From NCBI GenBank assembly GCA_944386885.1, contig CALXCU010000060.1, forward strand, positions 6,650-70,649: 64,000 nt of DNA. The letters are read 5' to 3'. Positions 45,543 to 53,813 of this stretch are shown here, piece after piece (position 1 is the stretch's first letter; each line of letters begins with the position of its first letter). The notes under the pieces are model-generated. The model did not search any database and was not told the DNA's origin. It was given only the letters and a program-made list of their open reading frames with translations. Source of the stretch: an uncultured Oscillospiraceae bacterium (GTDB taxonomy: Bacteria; Bacillota; Clostridia; Oscillospirales; Oscillospiraceae). A program made the translations under genes and the position numbers.

Positions 45543-46802
45543 ATGAAAAAGAAGTTCTATGGTAAGCTGTTCGGCCTGGGCCTGACCACCGCCCTGACCC
45601 TGACGGACCTGACCGCCTGTTCGGGCGGCACCGCAGCGGCCCCCACCGGTTCGGCCGCCCTCACGTCCCCCCCTTCCACCGCGCAGGAGGCCGGTTCCGA
45701 CTCTGTGGGCACCGTCCTGCTCAGCGTCAACCCCGAGATTGAGATGGACTATGACGATGCGGGCAACGTGGTGGCCCTCAACGGCCTCAACGACGACGGG
45801 AAGGCTGTCCTGGCCTCCTACACCGGCTATGAGGGCAGGGCCTGCACCACCGTCATCGGCGAGCTGGTGGACGAGATCAACGCCGGCGGCTATTTTGACG
45901 GCACCGTGGGCGGCCATGAGAAAAACATTGTCCTGAAGCTGGAACGGGGCTCCAAATACCCCAGCGAGACCTTCCTCACCGACCTGGCCGACGCGGTTCG
46001 GGTCACCGTGGAGACCGAGCAGATCGGCTCCCAGACTGTGGCTCTGGACGACGATGACTATGATGATACCTACGCCGATCAGGGCTACATCAACGCTACC
46101 GCCGCCCAGAGGATCGTCTCTACCCAGCTGGGCCGGGATGACCTCCAATTTGTGGAAAAAGAGTACGATCTGGATGACGGCGACTATGAGGTAGAATTCA
46201 CCCTGGACGGCGTGGAGTATGAGTATGAGGTCAACGCCGTCACCGGCAAAGTGACCGAAGTAGAAATAGACGGCTCCCGCCCCATTTCCAGCAGCCCTGT
46301 CACCACGACCGCCACTCCTGCACCCAACTATGACGACACCGATTACGGCCCCAACAGCGACGGCGTCACCGACTACGACGACACCGATTACGGCCCCAAC
46401 AGCGACGGCGTCACCGACTATGACGACACCGATTACGGCCCCAACAGCGACGGCGTCACCGACTATGACGACACCGATTACGGCCCTAACAACGACGGCG
46501 TCACCGACTACGACGACACCGATTACGGCCCTAACAACGACGGCGTCACCGACTACGACGACACCGACTACGGCCCTAACAACGACGGCGTCACCGACTA
46601 CGACGACACCGACTACGGCCCCAACAACGACGGCGTCACCGACTACGACGACACCGACTACGGCCCCAACAACGACGGCGTCACCGACTATGACGACACC
46701 GACTACGGGAACTGGGACGATGATGACGACGATGACGACGACTGGGACGGCGAAGACCATTGGAATGACGATGACGACGGTGATGACCGCTGGGACGACT
46801 AA
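45543..46802 (+). CDS. Lipoprotein with an RsgI-ectodomain-like domain, a PepSY domain, 8.5 x 15-aa acidic repeats and a poly-Asp/Trp tail
   Basis: AAGGAGA lies 8 nt before the ATG at 45543. Lipobox [13 protein letters not shown]...GLNDDG parallels RsgI. PepSY-like [13 protein letters not shown]...[23 protein letters not shown]. Repeats YDDTDYGPN(S/N)DGVTD. Tail [30 protein letters not shown]. Confidence 0.85.
   Translation: MKKKFYGKLFGLGLTTALTLTDLTACSGGTAAAPTGSAALTSPPSTAQEAGSDSVGTVLLSVNPEIEMDYDDAGNVVALNGLNDDGKAVLASYTGYEGRACTTVIGELVDEINAGGYFDGTVGGHEKNIVLKLERGSKYPSETFLTDLADAVRVTVETEQIGSQTVALDDDDYDDTYADQGYINATAAQRIVSTQLGRDDLQFVEKEYDLDDGDYEVEFTLDGVEYEYEVNAVTGKVTEVEIDGSRPISSSPVTTTATPAPNYDDTDYGPNSDGVTDYDDTDYGPNSDGVTDYDDTDYGPNSDGVTDYDDTDYGPNNDGVTDYDDTDYGPNNDGVTDYDDTDYGPNNDGVTDYDDTDYGPNNDGVTDYDDTDYGPNNDGVTDYDDTDYGNWDDDDDDDDDWDGEDHWNDDDDGDDRWDD
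46329..46709 (+). repeat. Tandem 45-bp repeat: 8 full units plus a 21-bp partial unit (in-frame, coding)
   Basis: Units start at 46329, 46374, 46419, 46464, 46509, 46554, 46599, 46644 and 46689. Only synonymous or near-synonymous differences occur (agc/aac, gat/gac, ccc/cct). Confidence 0.95.
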
Positions 46803-47481
46803 GCCCCTCCGCCTGCGGCATGAGGAAAAGCACCAGATCTCTCCCCTGGAGGATCTGGTGCTCGCCGGACGGCTGCGCCGCCTCTTTCCCTGGGACGCCC
46901 ACGCAGGGCGGGACGGTTCCTATCGGGTGAACAGCCTCTATTTTGATACCCCCTACGACGCTGCTCTGCGGGAGAAGCTGAACGGGGTGGACCGCCGGGA
47001 GAAGTTCCGCCTGCGCTATTACGGCACCGATCTCTCCTTCCTGCGCCTGGAGAAAAAATGCAAGCTCAACGGCCTGTGCGGCAAGCGCTCCGCCCGCCTG
47101 ACCCTGGATGAGGTCCAGCGCCTGCTCTCCGGGGACTACCGCTTCCTGCTGAAGCGGAAGGACCCTCTGCTCTGTGAATTTTACAGCAAGCTGCGGGGCA
47201 GCGCCCTCTCCCCCAGGGCCGTGGTATGCTACGACCGGGAGGCCTTTCTCTACCCGCCGGGCAATGTGCGCATTACCCTGGACCGGAACGTGCGCACGGG
47301 TCTGAGCTGGCAGAATTTCCTGGTCCCGGCGGCCCATCCGCTCAAGCCCCTGGGGAAGTTGACCGTACTGGAGGTCAAATACGACGCATTCCTGCCCGAC
47401 CTGGTCCGCCAGGCTGTCCAGGTGCCCGGCCGCCGGGCCGGCGCCTGCTCCAAATACGCCCTGTGCCGCCGGTACGACTGA
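46783..47481 (+). CDS. VTC domain (polyphosphate-polymerase domain) protein
   Basis: RHEEKHQIS...[12 protein letters not shown]...EKFRLRYY...LEKKCKLNG...VLEVKYD pattern. The start is uncertain: the only in-frame ATG/GTG codons (46765, 46771, 46780, 46783) lie inside the 3' end of the upstream gene. Confidence 0.75.
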   Translation: MTAGTTKPLRLRHEEKHQISPLEDLVLAGRLRRLFPWDAHAGRDGSYRVNSLYFDTPYDAALREKLNGVDRREKFRLRYYGTDLSFLRLEKKCKLNGLCGKRSARLTLDEVQRLLSGDYRFLLKRKDPLLCEFYSKLRGSALSPRAVVCYDREAFLYPPGNVRITLDRNVRTGLSWQNFLVPAAHPLKPLGKLTVLEVKYDAFLPDLVRQAVQVPGRRAGACSKYALCRRYD

Positions 47482-47506
47482 ATCAAAACGCTAAGGAGGC
47501 CCACCC

Positions 47507-48181
47507 ATGACCACCTTTCAGGATATTTTCAAATCCAGCTTTTTGGAGCGCATGGACAGCGTCTCCCTGCTGGACACCGCCGCCGCCCTGGCCCTGGCCT
47601 TCCTGCTGGGCCTGTTCATCTTCCTGGTCTATAAACGCAGCTACAGCGGCGTCATGTACTCCCCCAGCTTTGGTGTGACACTCATCGCTCTGACTCTGAT
47701 CACCACGCTGCTGATTCTGGCGGTAACCAGCAACATTGTCCTCTCCCTGGGCATGGTGGGCGCACTGTCCATCGTCCGCTTCCGCACCGCCATCAAAGAA
47801 CCCCTGGACATCGCCTTCCTCTTCTGGGCCATTGCGGTGGGCATCGTGCTGGCCGCGGGGCTGCTGATCCTGGCGGTGGCGGGGAGCCTGTTCGTGGGCC
47901 TGGTGCTGCTGGCCTTCTCCCGGCAGAAGAACGGCGAGTCACCCTACATCCTGGTCGTCCGCTGCGCCTCTTCCCGGGAGGAGGCACAGGTCCAGGCTCT
48001 GGTAGCGGAGCGGGTGCGGCGGCTGAACCTGAAGAGCAAGAGCGTCTCTCCCGGGGAGATCGAGCTCAATTACGAGGTGCGCCTGCGGGAGGGGGACACT
48101 GGCTTTCTCAACGAGCTGGGCGCTATGGAGGGCGTGGAACATGTGGTATTGGTCTCCTACAACGGGGACTACATGGGCTGA
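47507..48181 (+). CDS. DUF4956 domain membrane protein
   Basis: AAGGAGG lies 7 nt upstream of the ATG. GALSIVRFRTAIKEPLDIAFLFWAIAVG motif, four TM segments and a soluble C-terminal domain. Confidence 0.8.
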   Translation: MTTFQDIFKSSFLERMDSVSLLDTAAALALAFLLGLFIFLVYKRSYSGVMYSPSFGVTLIALTLITTLLILAVTSNIVLSLGMVGALSIVRFRTAIKEPLDIAFLFWAIAVGIVLAAGLLILAVAGSLFVGLVLLAFSRQKNGESPYILVVRCASSREEAQVQALVAERVRRLNLKSKSVSPGEIELNYEVRLREGDTGFLNELGAMEGVEHVVLVSYNGDYMG

Positions 48182-48184
48182 GCC

Positions 48185-49603
48185 ATGATCCGCCACCGCT
48201 ACATCGACGGGATCTGCGCCCTGGCCATGGCATTGGCCCTGGTCTTGACCGCCCTGCTGGCCCACGGGGAGACTTTGGGCATCCAGAAAGCCTCCGCCGC
48301 ACCGGAGTACGCCTTCCGCCTCTTTGATGATAGCCGGGTCCACACCGTGGACCTCCAGGTGGAGGATTGGGAGGGATTCCTGGCCGCCGCACCGGCGGAG
48401 GAGTACGTCCCCTGTACCGTCACCGTGGACGGCGAGGCATTTTCCCAGGTCGGCCTGCGGGCCAAGGGGAACAATTCTCTGCGCCTGACCGAGGAATACG
48501 GCCTGTCCCGGTACAGCCTGAAGCTGGAGTTCGACCACTATTTGGACGGAGGCAGCTACCACGGCCTGGACAAATTCTCCCTAGACGCCTCCTTCCAGGA
48601 CAACAGTTACCTCAAGTCTTTTCTGGTCTACGACATGATGGACTCTATGGAGGTGCCCGCGCCCCTGTGCAGCTACGCCTGGGTCACGGTGAACGGGGTG
48701 CCCTGGGGGCTCTTTCTGGCCGTGGAGGAGCCGGAGGAGGCCTTCGCCCGGCGGAACTTCGGCGCGGACCACGGCCTGCTCTACAAGCCGGACTATCGCT
48801 CCCTGCGGGAGGAAAATGCCGATGTGGCCCTTCGGTATGTGGACAGCGACCCGGCGAGTTATCCCAATCTGTTCGAAAACGCCAAATTTGAGGTAGACGC
48901 GGCCGGTCAGGCCCGGCTCATCGAAGCCCTGCGGGTGCTCTCCACCGGGGAAGACCTGGAGCGGGCCGTAAATGTGGACGAGGTGCTGCGCTATTTCACG
49001 GTCCAGGTCTTTGTCATGAACTGGGACAGCTACCTGGGCCACACAGGGCACAATTACTTCCTCTACGAGGAGGACGGCGTGCTCTCCATCCTGCCCTGGG
49101 ATTACAACCTGGCCTTCGGCACCTACGCTCTGGGCATGACGGACCCCATCCGGGACCCCAACATCCTCATAAACTGGCCCATCAACACCCCCGCCCGGGG
49201 GGAGACTATGCTGGAGCGGCCTCTCTACCACAATCTCATGAAGAATAACGCCTATTTCGCACAGTACCACGCCTATTTCGACCAGTTCCTCACGGAGTAT
49301 CTGGAGAGCGGCCGCTGCGAGGCCCTGCTGCGGGAGACCCAGGCCCTCATCGCCCCCTATGTGGCCGCCGACCCCACCGCCTTCTGCACCTATGAGGACC
49401 ACCTCCTGGCAGTGGACACCCTGATCGAGGTCTGCCGCCTGCGCGCCCAGAGCGTCCGGGGACAGTTGGACGGGGCATATCCCGCCACCCTGGCCCAGCA
49501 GGCGGAGCACCCAGATCTGGGGGTGGACGCCTCCCATATCTCCCTCCAGGATCTCGGGGACTTTGAGGACCTGGAAGAGGCCGCCCGGCGGCTTTCCCGC
49601 TGA
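48185..49603 (+). CDS. CotH-family atypical kinase with an N-terminal signal/anchor (extracytoplasmic)
   Basis: Signal-like ICALAMALALVLTALLAHG. CotH-like FSLDASFQDNSYLKSFLVYDMM, LLYKPD, NWDSYLGHTGHNYFLY, LPWDYNLAFG. Starts 3 nt after the DUF4956 stop. Confidence 0.85.
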   Translation: MIRHRYIDGICALAMALALVLTALLAHGETLGIQKASAAPEYAFRLFDDSRVHTVDLQVEDWEGFLAAAPAEEYVPCTVTVDGEAFSQVGLRAKGNNSLRLTEEYGLSRYSLKLEFDHYLDGGSYHGLDKFSLDASFQDNSYLKSFLVYDMMDSMEVPAPLCSYAWVTVNGVPWGLFLAVEEPEEAFARRNFGADHGLLYKPDYRSLREENADVALRYVDSDPASYPNLFENAKFEVDAAGQARLIEALRVLSTGEDLERAVNVDEVLRYFTVQVFVMNWDSYLGHTGHNYFLYEEDGVLSILPWDYNLAFGTYALGMTDPIRDPNILINWPINTPARGETMLERPLYHNLMKNNAYFAQYHAYFDQFLTEYLESGRCEALLRETQALIAPYVAADPTAFCTYEDHLLAVDTLIEVCRLRAQSVRGQLDGAYPATLAQQAEHPDLGVDASHISLQDLGDFEDLEEAARRLSR

Positions 49604-49616
49604 ACCAAAACAGAAA

Positions 49617-49649
49617 GCCGCGCCCATCTCATCTGGGCGCGGCCTTTTT
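49617..49649. terminator. Bidirectional terminator between CotH and the convergent serA
   Basis: gccgcgccca-(7 nt)-tgggcgcggc followed by cttttt. An A-run lies upstream for the opposite strand. Confidence 0.8.
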
Positions 49650-49665
49650 GCCTGTTCAGCTGTCT

Positions 49666-50835
49666 TTAATCCTGGATCAGACGGATGCGGAAGACTCCCT
49701 CCACCGCCTTGAGGGCGGCCAAGTCCGCCTCGCTCACCGTTCCGCTCACGTCGATGAGGGTATAGGCGTACTCGCCCCGGGCCTTGTTGGTCATGTGCTC
49801 AATGTTGAACCCGCCCTGAGAGAGGACGGTGGTCAGCTTCAGAAGCATATTGGGCACGTTCCGGTGCAGGGCGCACACCCGGGCGCAGTCTCCCCGCTCC
49901 ATGGACACGTCGGGGAAGTTCACCGAGTGGACAATATTGCCCTCCAGCAGGTACTCCTTCAGAGACTGGGCGGCCATGACGGCGCAGTTGAGTTCGCTCT
50001 CCGGCGTAGAGGCGCCCAAATGGGGCAGGGCCGTTACATTGGGGGCAGCCAGGATGCCCGCGCTGGGGAAGTCGGTGACATAGCGGGCCACCCGACCGGT
50101 ATTCAGGGCCTCCACCAGAGCAGCCTCGTTCACCAGGCCGCCCCGGGCCAGGTTAATGATCCGCACGCCGGGCTTAGTCTGGGCGAGCACCTGGGCGTTG
50201 ATGGTGTCCTTGGTGCTCTCGTTATAGGGCAGATGGAGGGTGATGTAGTCGGCCTTCTGCCAGAGCTCCGTCTCGTCCTTGACGCAGTGGACGTGCCGGT
50301 CCAGGCGCAGGGCAGTCTCCACCGACAAATAGGGGTCGTAGCCGTAGACCTCCATGCCCAAAGCATAGGCGGCGTTGGCCACCAGCACGCCGATGGCCCC
50401 CAGCCCCACCACAGCCAGAGTCTTGCCCATGATCTCGGGCCCGGCAAAGACCGACTTGCCCTTCTCCACGGCGGTGGACAGATCCACGCCGGCCTCGGCC
50501 TGCTCCCGTACCCAAGCCGCGCCCCCCACCAGGTTGCGGGAGGCCATCAGAAGGGCGGCCAGGGCCAGTTCCTTCACGGCGTTGGCGTTGGCGCCGGGGG
50601 TATTGAAGACCACTACCCCCGCCTGGGCGCAACGGTCCAGGGGGATGTTGTTCGTCCCCGCCCCCGCCCGGGCAATGGCCCGCAGGTTAGGGCCGAACTC
50701 CATCTCGTGGAGGGAGGCCGAGCGGACCAGGATGCCGTCCGGGTCGCCGACTTCCGCCCCCACCTGGAAGCGGTCCCCCGGCAATACGTCCAAGCCCGCC
50801 TGGGCGATGTGGTTCATGGTCTTAATGGAATACAT
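49666..50835 (-). CDS. serA: D-3-phosphoglycerate dehydrogenase with a C-terminal ACT domain
   Basis: GLGAIGVLVA Rossmann motif, NLARGGLV, HLGAST, and an ACT-like tail. Confidence 0.9.
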   Translation of the reverse strand: MYSIKTMNHIAQAGLDVLPGDRFQVGAEVGDPDGILVRSASLHEMEFGPNLRAIARAGAGTNNIPLDRCAQAGVVVFNTPGANANAVKELALAALLMASRNLVGGAAWVREQAEAGVDLSTAVEKGKSVFAGPEIMGKTLAVVGLGAIGVLVANAAYALGMEVYGYDPYLSVETALRLDRHVHCVKDETELWQKADYITLHLPYNESTKDTINAQVLAQTKPGVRIINLARGGLVNEAALVEALNTGRVARYVTDFPSAGILAAPNVTALPHLGASTPESELNCAVMAAQSLKEYLLEGNIVHSVNFPDVSMERGDCARVCALHRNVPNMLLKLTTVLSQGGFNIEHMTNKARGEYAYTLIDVSGTVSEADLAALKAVEGVFRIRLIQD

Positions 50836-50853
50836 GGCGTCTCTCTCCCTCTC

Positions 50854-51939
50854 TTAATGCTTCCGGTCAAAGTCCCGGATAAACTGGCACAGCTTCTCCA
50901 CGCCCTCCACCGGCATGGCGTTGTAGATGGAGGCCCGCATACCCCCCACCGACCGATGGCCCTTCAGATTGGAGAACCCGGCTGCGGCGGCCTCGGAGAC
51001 GAACTGGGCGTCCAGGTCCGCGTCGCCGGTGCGGAAGGTCACGTTCATTCCCGAACGGGAGCCCTTCTCAGCGTGGCAGTGGAAGAGCTTGGAGCTATCC
51101 AGGGTCTCATAGAGCATGGAGGAGCGCAGATTGCGCAGCTTCTCCATGCCGACTAGCCCCCCCTGTTCCTCGATCCAGTCCAGCACCAGGCCCAGCATAT
51201 AGATGCACCAGCAGGGCGGCGTGTTGTACATGGAGTCCTTGTCAATGAGGGTCTTATAGGTGAGCATCAGGGGCGTGTAGGGCAGCTCATGGCCGGCCAG
51301 GTCCTTTCGGATGATGACCACCGTCAGGCCCGCCGGGGCCATGTTCTTCTGGGCGCCGGCAAAGATGATGCCATATTTGCTCACATCCACCGGCCGGGAG
51401 AGGATATTGGAGGACATATCGCACACCAGGGGTACCGCCCCGGTCTCGGGGACATAGTTCCACTCGGTGCCGTAAATGGTGTTGTTGGCACAGTAATAGA
51501 AATAGGATGCCTCGGGATCCAGCTTGAGCGCCTCCTGAGGAGGGATCGCGGTGAACTGCTTCGCCGAGGTGTCGGCCGCCAGGGAGACCTCCCCATATTT
51601 CCGGGCCTCCTTGGCTGCGGACTGGGCGAAGTGGCCGGTGACAGCGTAGTCGGCTTTCCCGCTCCGGCTCATCAAATTCAGGGGCACGGCGGAAAACTGG
51701 GTGCTGGCCCCCCCCTGGAGGAAAAGGATCTCGTGGGTCTCCGGGATCTGGAGCATCCTGCGCAGCTTGGCCTTGGTGTCCTGGAAGATCTGGTCGAACA
51801 CCTTAGAGCGGTGACTCATCTCCATGACGGACATACCGGAACCGCCGTAATTGGTGATCTCGGACCCGGCACGGGTAAGAGCCTCCAGCGGGAGCATGGA
51901 GGGGCCTGCGGAAAAATTGTAAATGCGGTGATTTTCCAT
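50854..51939 (-). CDS. serC: Phosphoserine aminotransferase
   Basis: IYNFSAGPSMLP, FLQGGAS, GAQKNMAPAG. I chose the ATG at 51939 (family-typical N-terminus, GAAAGGGG upstream). Confidence 0.92.
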   Translation of the reverse strand: MENHRIYNFSAGPSMLPLEALTRAGSEITNYGGSGMSVMEMSHRSKVFDQIFQDTKAKLRRMLQIPETHEILFLQGGASTQFSAVPLNLMSRSGKADYAVTGHFAQSAAKEARKYGEVSLAADTSAKQFTAIPPQEALKLDPEASYFYYCANNTIYGTEWNYVPETGAVPLVCDMSSNILSRPVDVSKYGIIFAGAQKNMAPAGLTVVIIRKDLAGHELPYTPLMLTYKTLIDKDSMYNTPPCWCIYMLGLVLDWIEEQGGLVGMEKLRNLRSSMLYETLDSSKLFHCHAEKGSRSGMNVTFRTGDADLDAQFVSEAAAAGFSNLKGHRSVGGMRASIYNAMPVEGVEKLCQFIRDFDRKH

Positions 51940-52016
51940 GGATATACCCCTTTCATCAGCTGGGCGAGGCGCCCACATTACCGCTTCTGCCAGAAAGGCG
52001 GAAGCGTATGCTTCAT

Positions 52017-52045
52017 ATTATAACAATTTAGCGCGTTGAATGCAA
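52017..52045 (-). promoter_or_regulatory. Promoter TTGCAT-N17-TATAAT for serC-serA
   Basis: -35 at plus-strand 52040-52045 (ATGCAA) and -10 at plus-strand 52017-52022 (ATTATA). Confidence 0.65.
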
Positions 52046-52145
52046 GGGACGCACTGCACAATTCCCCCCGCACCCCATTCTTGCTCTTTGGAGAAAGCAG
52101 GTGCTCCGCTGGCGTTTCCGCCAAAAAACATGGATATTTTTTGTT

Positions 52146-52181
52146 AGAAATGCCGGTCTCCCCGAGGAGACCGGCATTTCT
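52146..52181 (-). terminator. Perfect 16-bp hairpin downstream of the SLH-peptidase gene (no adjacent U-tract)
   Basis: agaaatgccggtctcc-ccga-ggagaccggcatttct, located 9 nt after the stop codon. Confidence 0.55.
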
Positions 52182-52189
52182 GGCGTTCC

Positions 52190-53647
52190 CTACATGCCCA
52201 TGTAAGAGAAATGCATATAGTCGTGATAGCCCGACTCGTCGTAGGCCCCGCTGGACCAGGCATCCCCACCCCAGCTCCAGCCGTGGGCCTTGAAAATGCG
52301 CACCACCGAGCAGTCGGGGCCCATGGAATAGGGATTGCTTCCCGGCGCCCAGAGGCTGCCCACCAGGGCCTGGCCGCTCCGGACCTGGTAGTTTTCATTG
52401 GAGTTGATGTCGATGGCGCTGCCGCAGTTGTGCTCGCCGCTGGCGTTGTCCCCCCTCCAGGAGTAGCCCCCCGCCTCATAGATGGGGAACTGCTCAGGGT
52501 CATTGTAGATCTCCGTAAAGATGGCCTTCACATCCTCGGCCAAGCCCGCGTTGACGGTGAGGGACAGGCTGGAGGACACCTTCTGGCCGTTGGAGAGCTT
52601 CCAAACCGGCACGGTGACCGTTGTCATGGCTGTCTGGGCCTCTGTCTGGTTCTCAAAGCGGCGCTTGTCCCCCCGGCCGAAAAGCTGGGTATACTTGCGG
52701 GGGTTCTCCCCCTCCTGCCGCAGCCAGAAGTCCTGCTGCAAATACTCGTCGTAGGTAATCTCCCCGTTCCGGTACTGCTCCCAGGCCTGCTCCTCCGCGA
52801 TCTCGTCCGCCGTCATAGTCCGGTACTGGAGGGTAATTTCCTGAGAGAGTGTGCTGACCTGGTAACTGGGCCCCACAAAGCGGTAGCCCTCCGGATCTGC
52901 GGCCAAGGTGACATAGTTATAACACACCTTGGTCTGGACTGTCTGGTCGGGCGCGATGGTCTGCCCGCTCTGATCCACAAAGTGGACCGTGACGGTGTGG
53001 GGCTCCCAGCGGTGCTCCTGGTCCACCAGGTCCAGCACCCCCATCAAGAGGACTGCGCCCTCCGCCCGGGTCAAAGTCTTCTCCCCCTGAAAGTTGCCGC
53101 CGCCGGTGCCGTTTACAATGCCAGCCCGGTAGAGTGCGTCTACCCCTTCCCGGTAGGCCGCGGGGATCTGCATCCAGTCGGGGAAGTCCGCGGCGGCATC
53201 CCGGATCTCATACATCCAGCCTTCGGTGAGACCCTCCTCAGGGGCCAGGCGGTAGAGCACCTCTACCGCCCCTTTCCGGTCCACCGGTGTCTCCAGGCTC
53301 TCCGCCGACACGGGCAGGAAATCTCCTTCCTCCACCACACCCGCATCCAGGGCCGCCCGATAGCCCTGACCGGCCCAGTTCTCCCCCTTGGGCGCCGCGT
53401 CGTAGGTCTCCCGGTAGAAGGTCCGCCCCACCATCGTCAGAAACTGCCCCCAAGTCAGGGTGCCATTCGGGTCCATTGCCCCGCCGGAGCCGCCGGACAA
53501 GATGCCCAGCTCCCGGGCCTGATCCATCTGCTCATAGGCCCAGTGGCTCTCGTCCAAATCAGGGTATGCCGCCGCCCCGGCCGGGGCCGCCAGAGCCGCA
53601 CAGAGCCCCAGCGCCAAAGCACGCCGCCGCCATTTCTTCCAATCCAC
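52190..53647 (-). CDS. Secreted SLH-domain protein with a C-terminal M15 (VanY/LAS-type) peptidoglycan peptidase domain
   Basis: GTG start 6 nt after GAGGGAGGAA. Signal peptide ALALGLCAALAAPAGAAA. SLH-like YPDLDESHWAYEQMDQARELGILSG. GEHNCGSAIDIN and DYMHFSY metal ligands. Confidence 0.8.
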   Translation of the reverse strand: MDWKKWRRRALALGLCAALAAPAGAAAYPDLDESHWAYEQMDQARELGILSGGSGGAMDPNGTLTWGQFLTMVGRTFYRETYDAAPKGENWAGQGYRAALDAGVVEEGDFLPVSAESLETPVDRKGAVEVLYRLAPEEGLTEGWMYEIRDAAADFPDWMQIPAAYREGVDALYRAGIVNGTGGGNFQGEKTLTRAEGAVLLMGVLDLVDQEHRWEPHTVTVHFVDQSGQTIAPDQTVQTKVCYNYVTLAADPEGYRFVGPSYQVSTLSQEITLQYRTMTADEIAEEQAWEQYRNGEITYDEYLQQDFWLRQEGENPRKYTQLFGRGDKRRFENQTEAQTAMTTVTVPVWKLSNGQKVSSSLSLTVNAGLAEDVKAIFTEIYNDPEQFPIYEAGGYSWRGDNASGEHNCGSAIDINSNENYQVRSGQALVGSLWAPGSNPYSMGPDCSVVRIFKAHGWSWGGDAWSSGAYDESGYHDYMHFSYMGM

Positions 53648-53813
53648 GCAAGATTCCTCCCTCTCTGCCCGTGTTTTCCGCAGGCGCTGTTCTGTTTTAC
53701 GGAACCTAGCATAGCACATTTCCAACAAAATGCAATTTCCCAAGATAATATTCTCTCTAATTTGTAAGATTTTTCTCCTCCCCTGGGATAAAAAAGAAAA
53801 GGAGGTTTTCCCC

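Noticed and set aside
46329-46709. The tandem repeat array as a possible CRISPR array or minisatellite outside genes.
   Set aside because: The units are directly contiguous with no spacers. They are 45 bp long, a multiple of 3, and in frame within a lipoprotein ORF whose flanks have normal coding features. No cas genes are present.
45393-46760. A 455-aa minus-strand ORF across the repeat region.
   Set aside because: Its translation is a V/G/D/I repeat produced by the reverse complement of the array. It has no RBS or domain signature and overlaps a well-supported plus-strand gene.
46330-47481. A single 383-aa ORF in the track that spans the repeat array and the VTC domain.
   Set aside because: The first ~150 residues (poly T/P/A) are just the +1 frame of the 45-bp repeat. 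Family-typical VTC sequence begins at RHEEKH. I therefore annotated the gene from the last in-frame ATG (46783), with the start flagged as uncertain.
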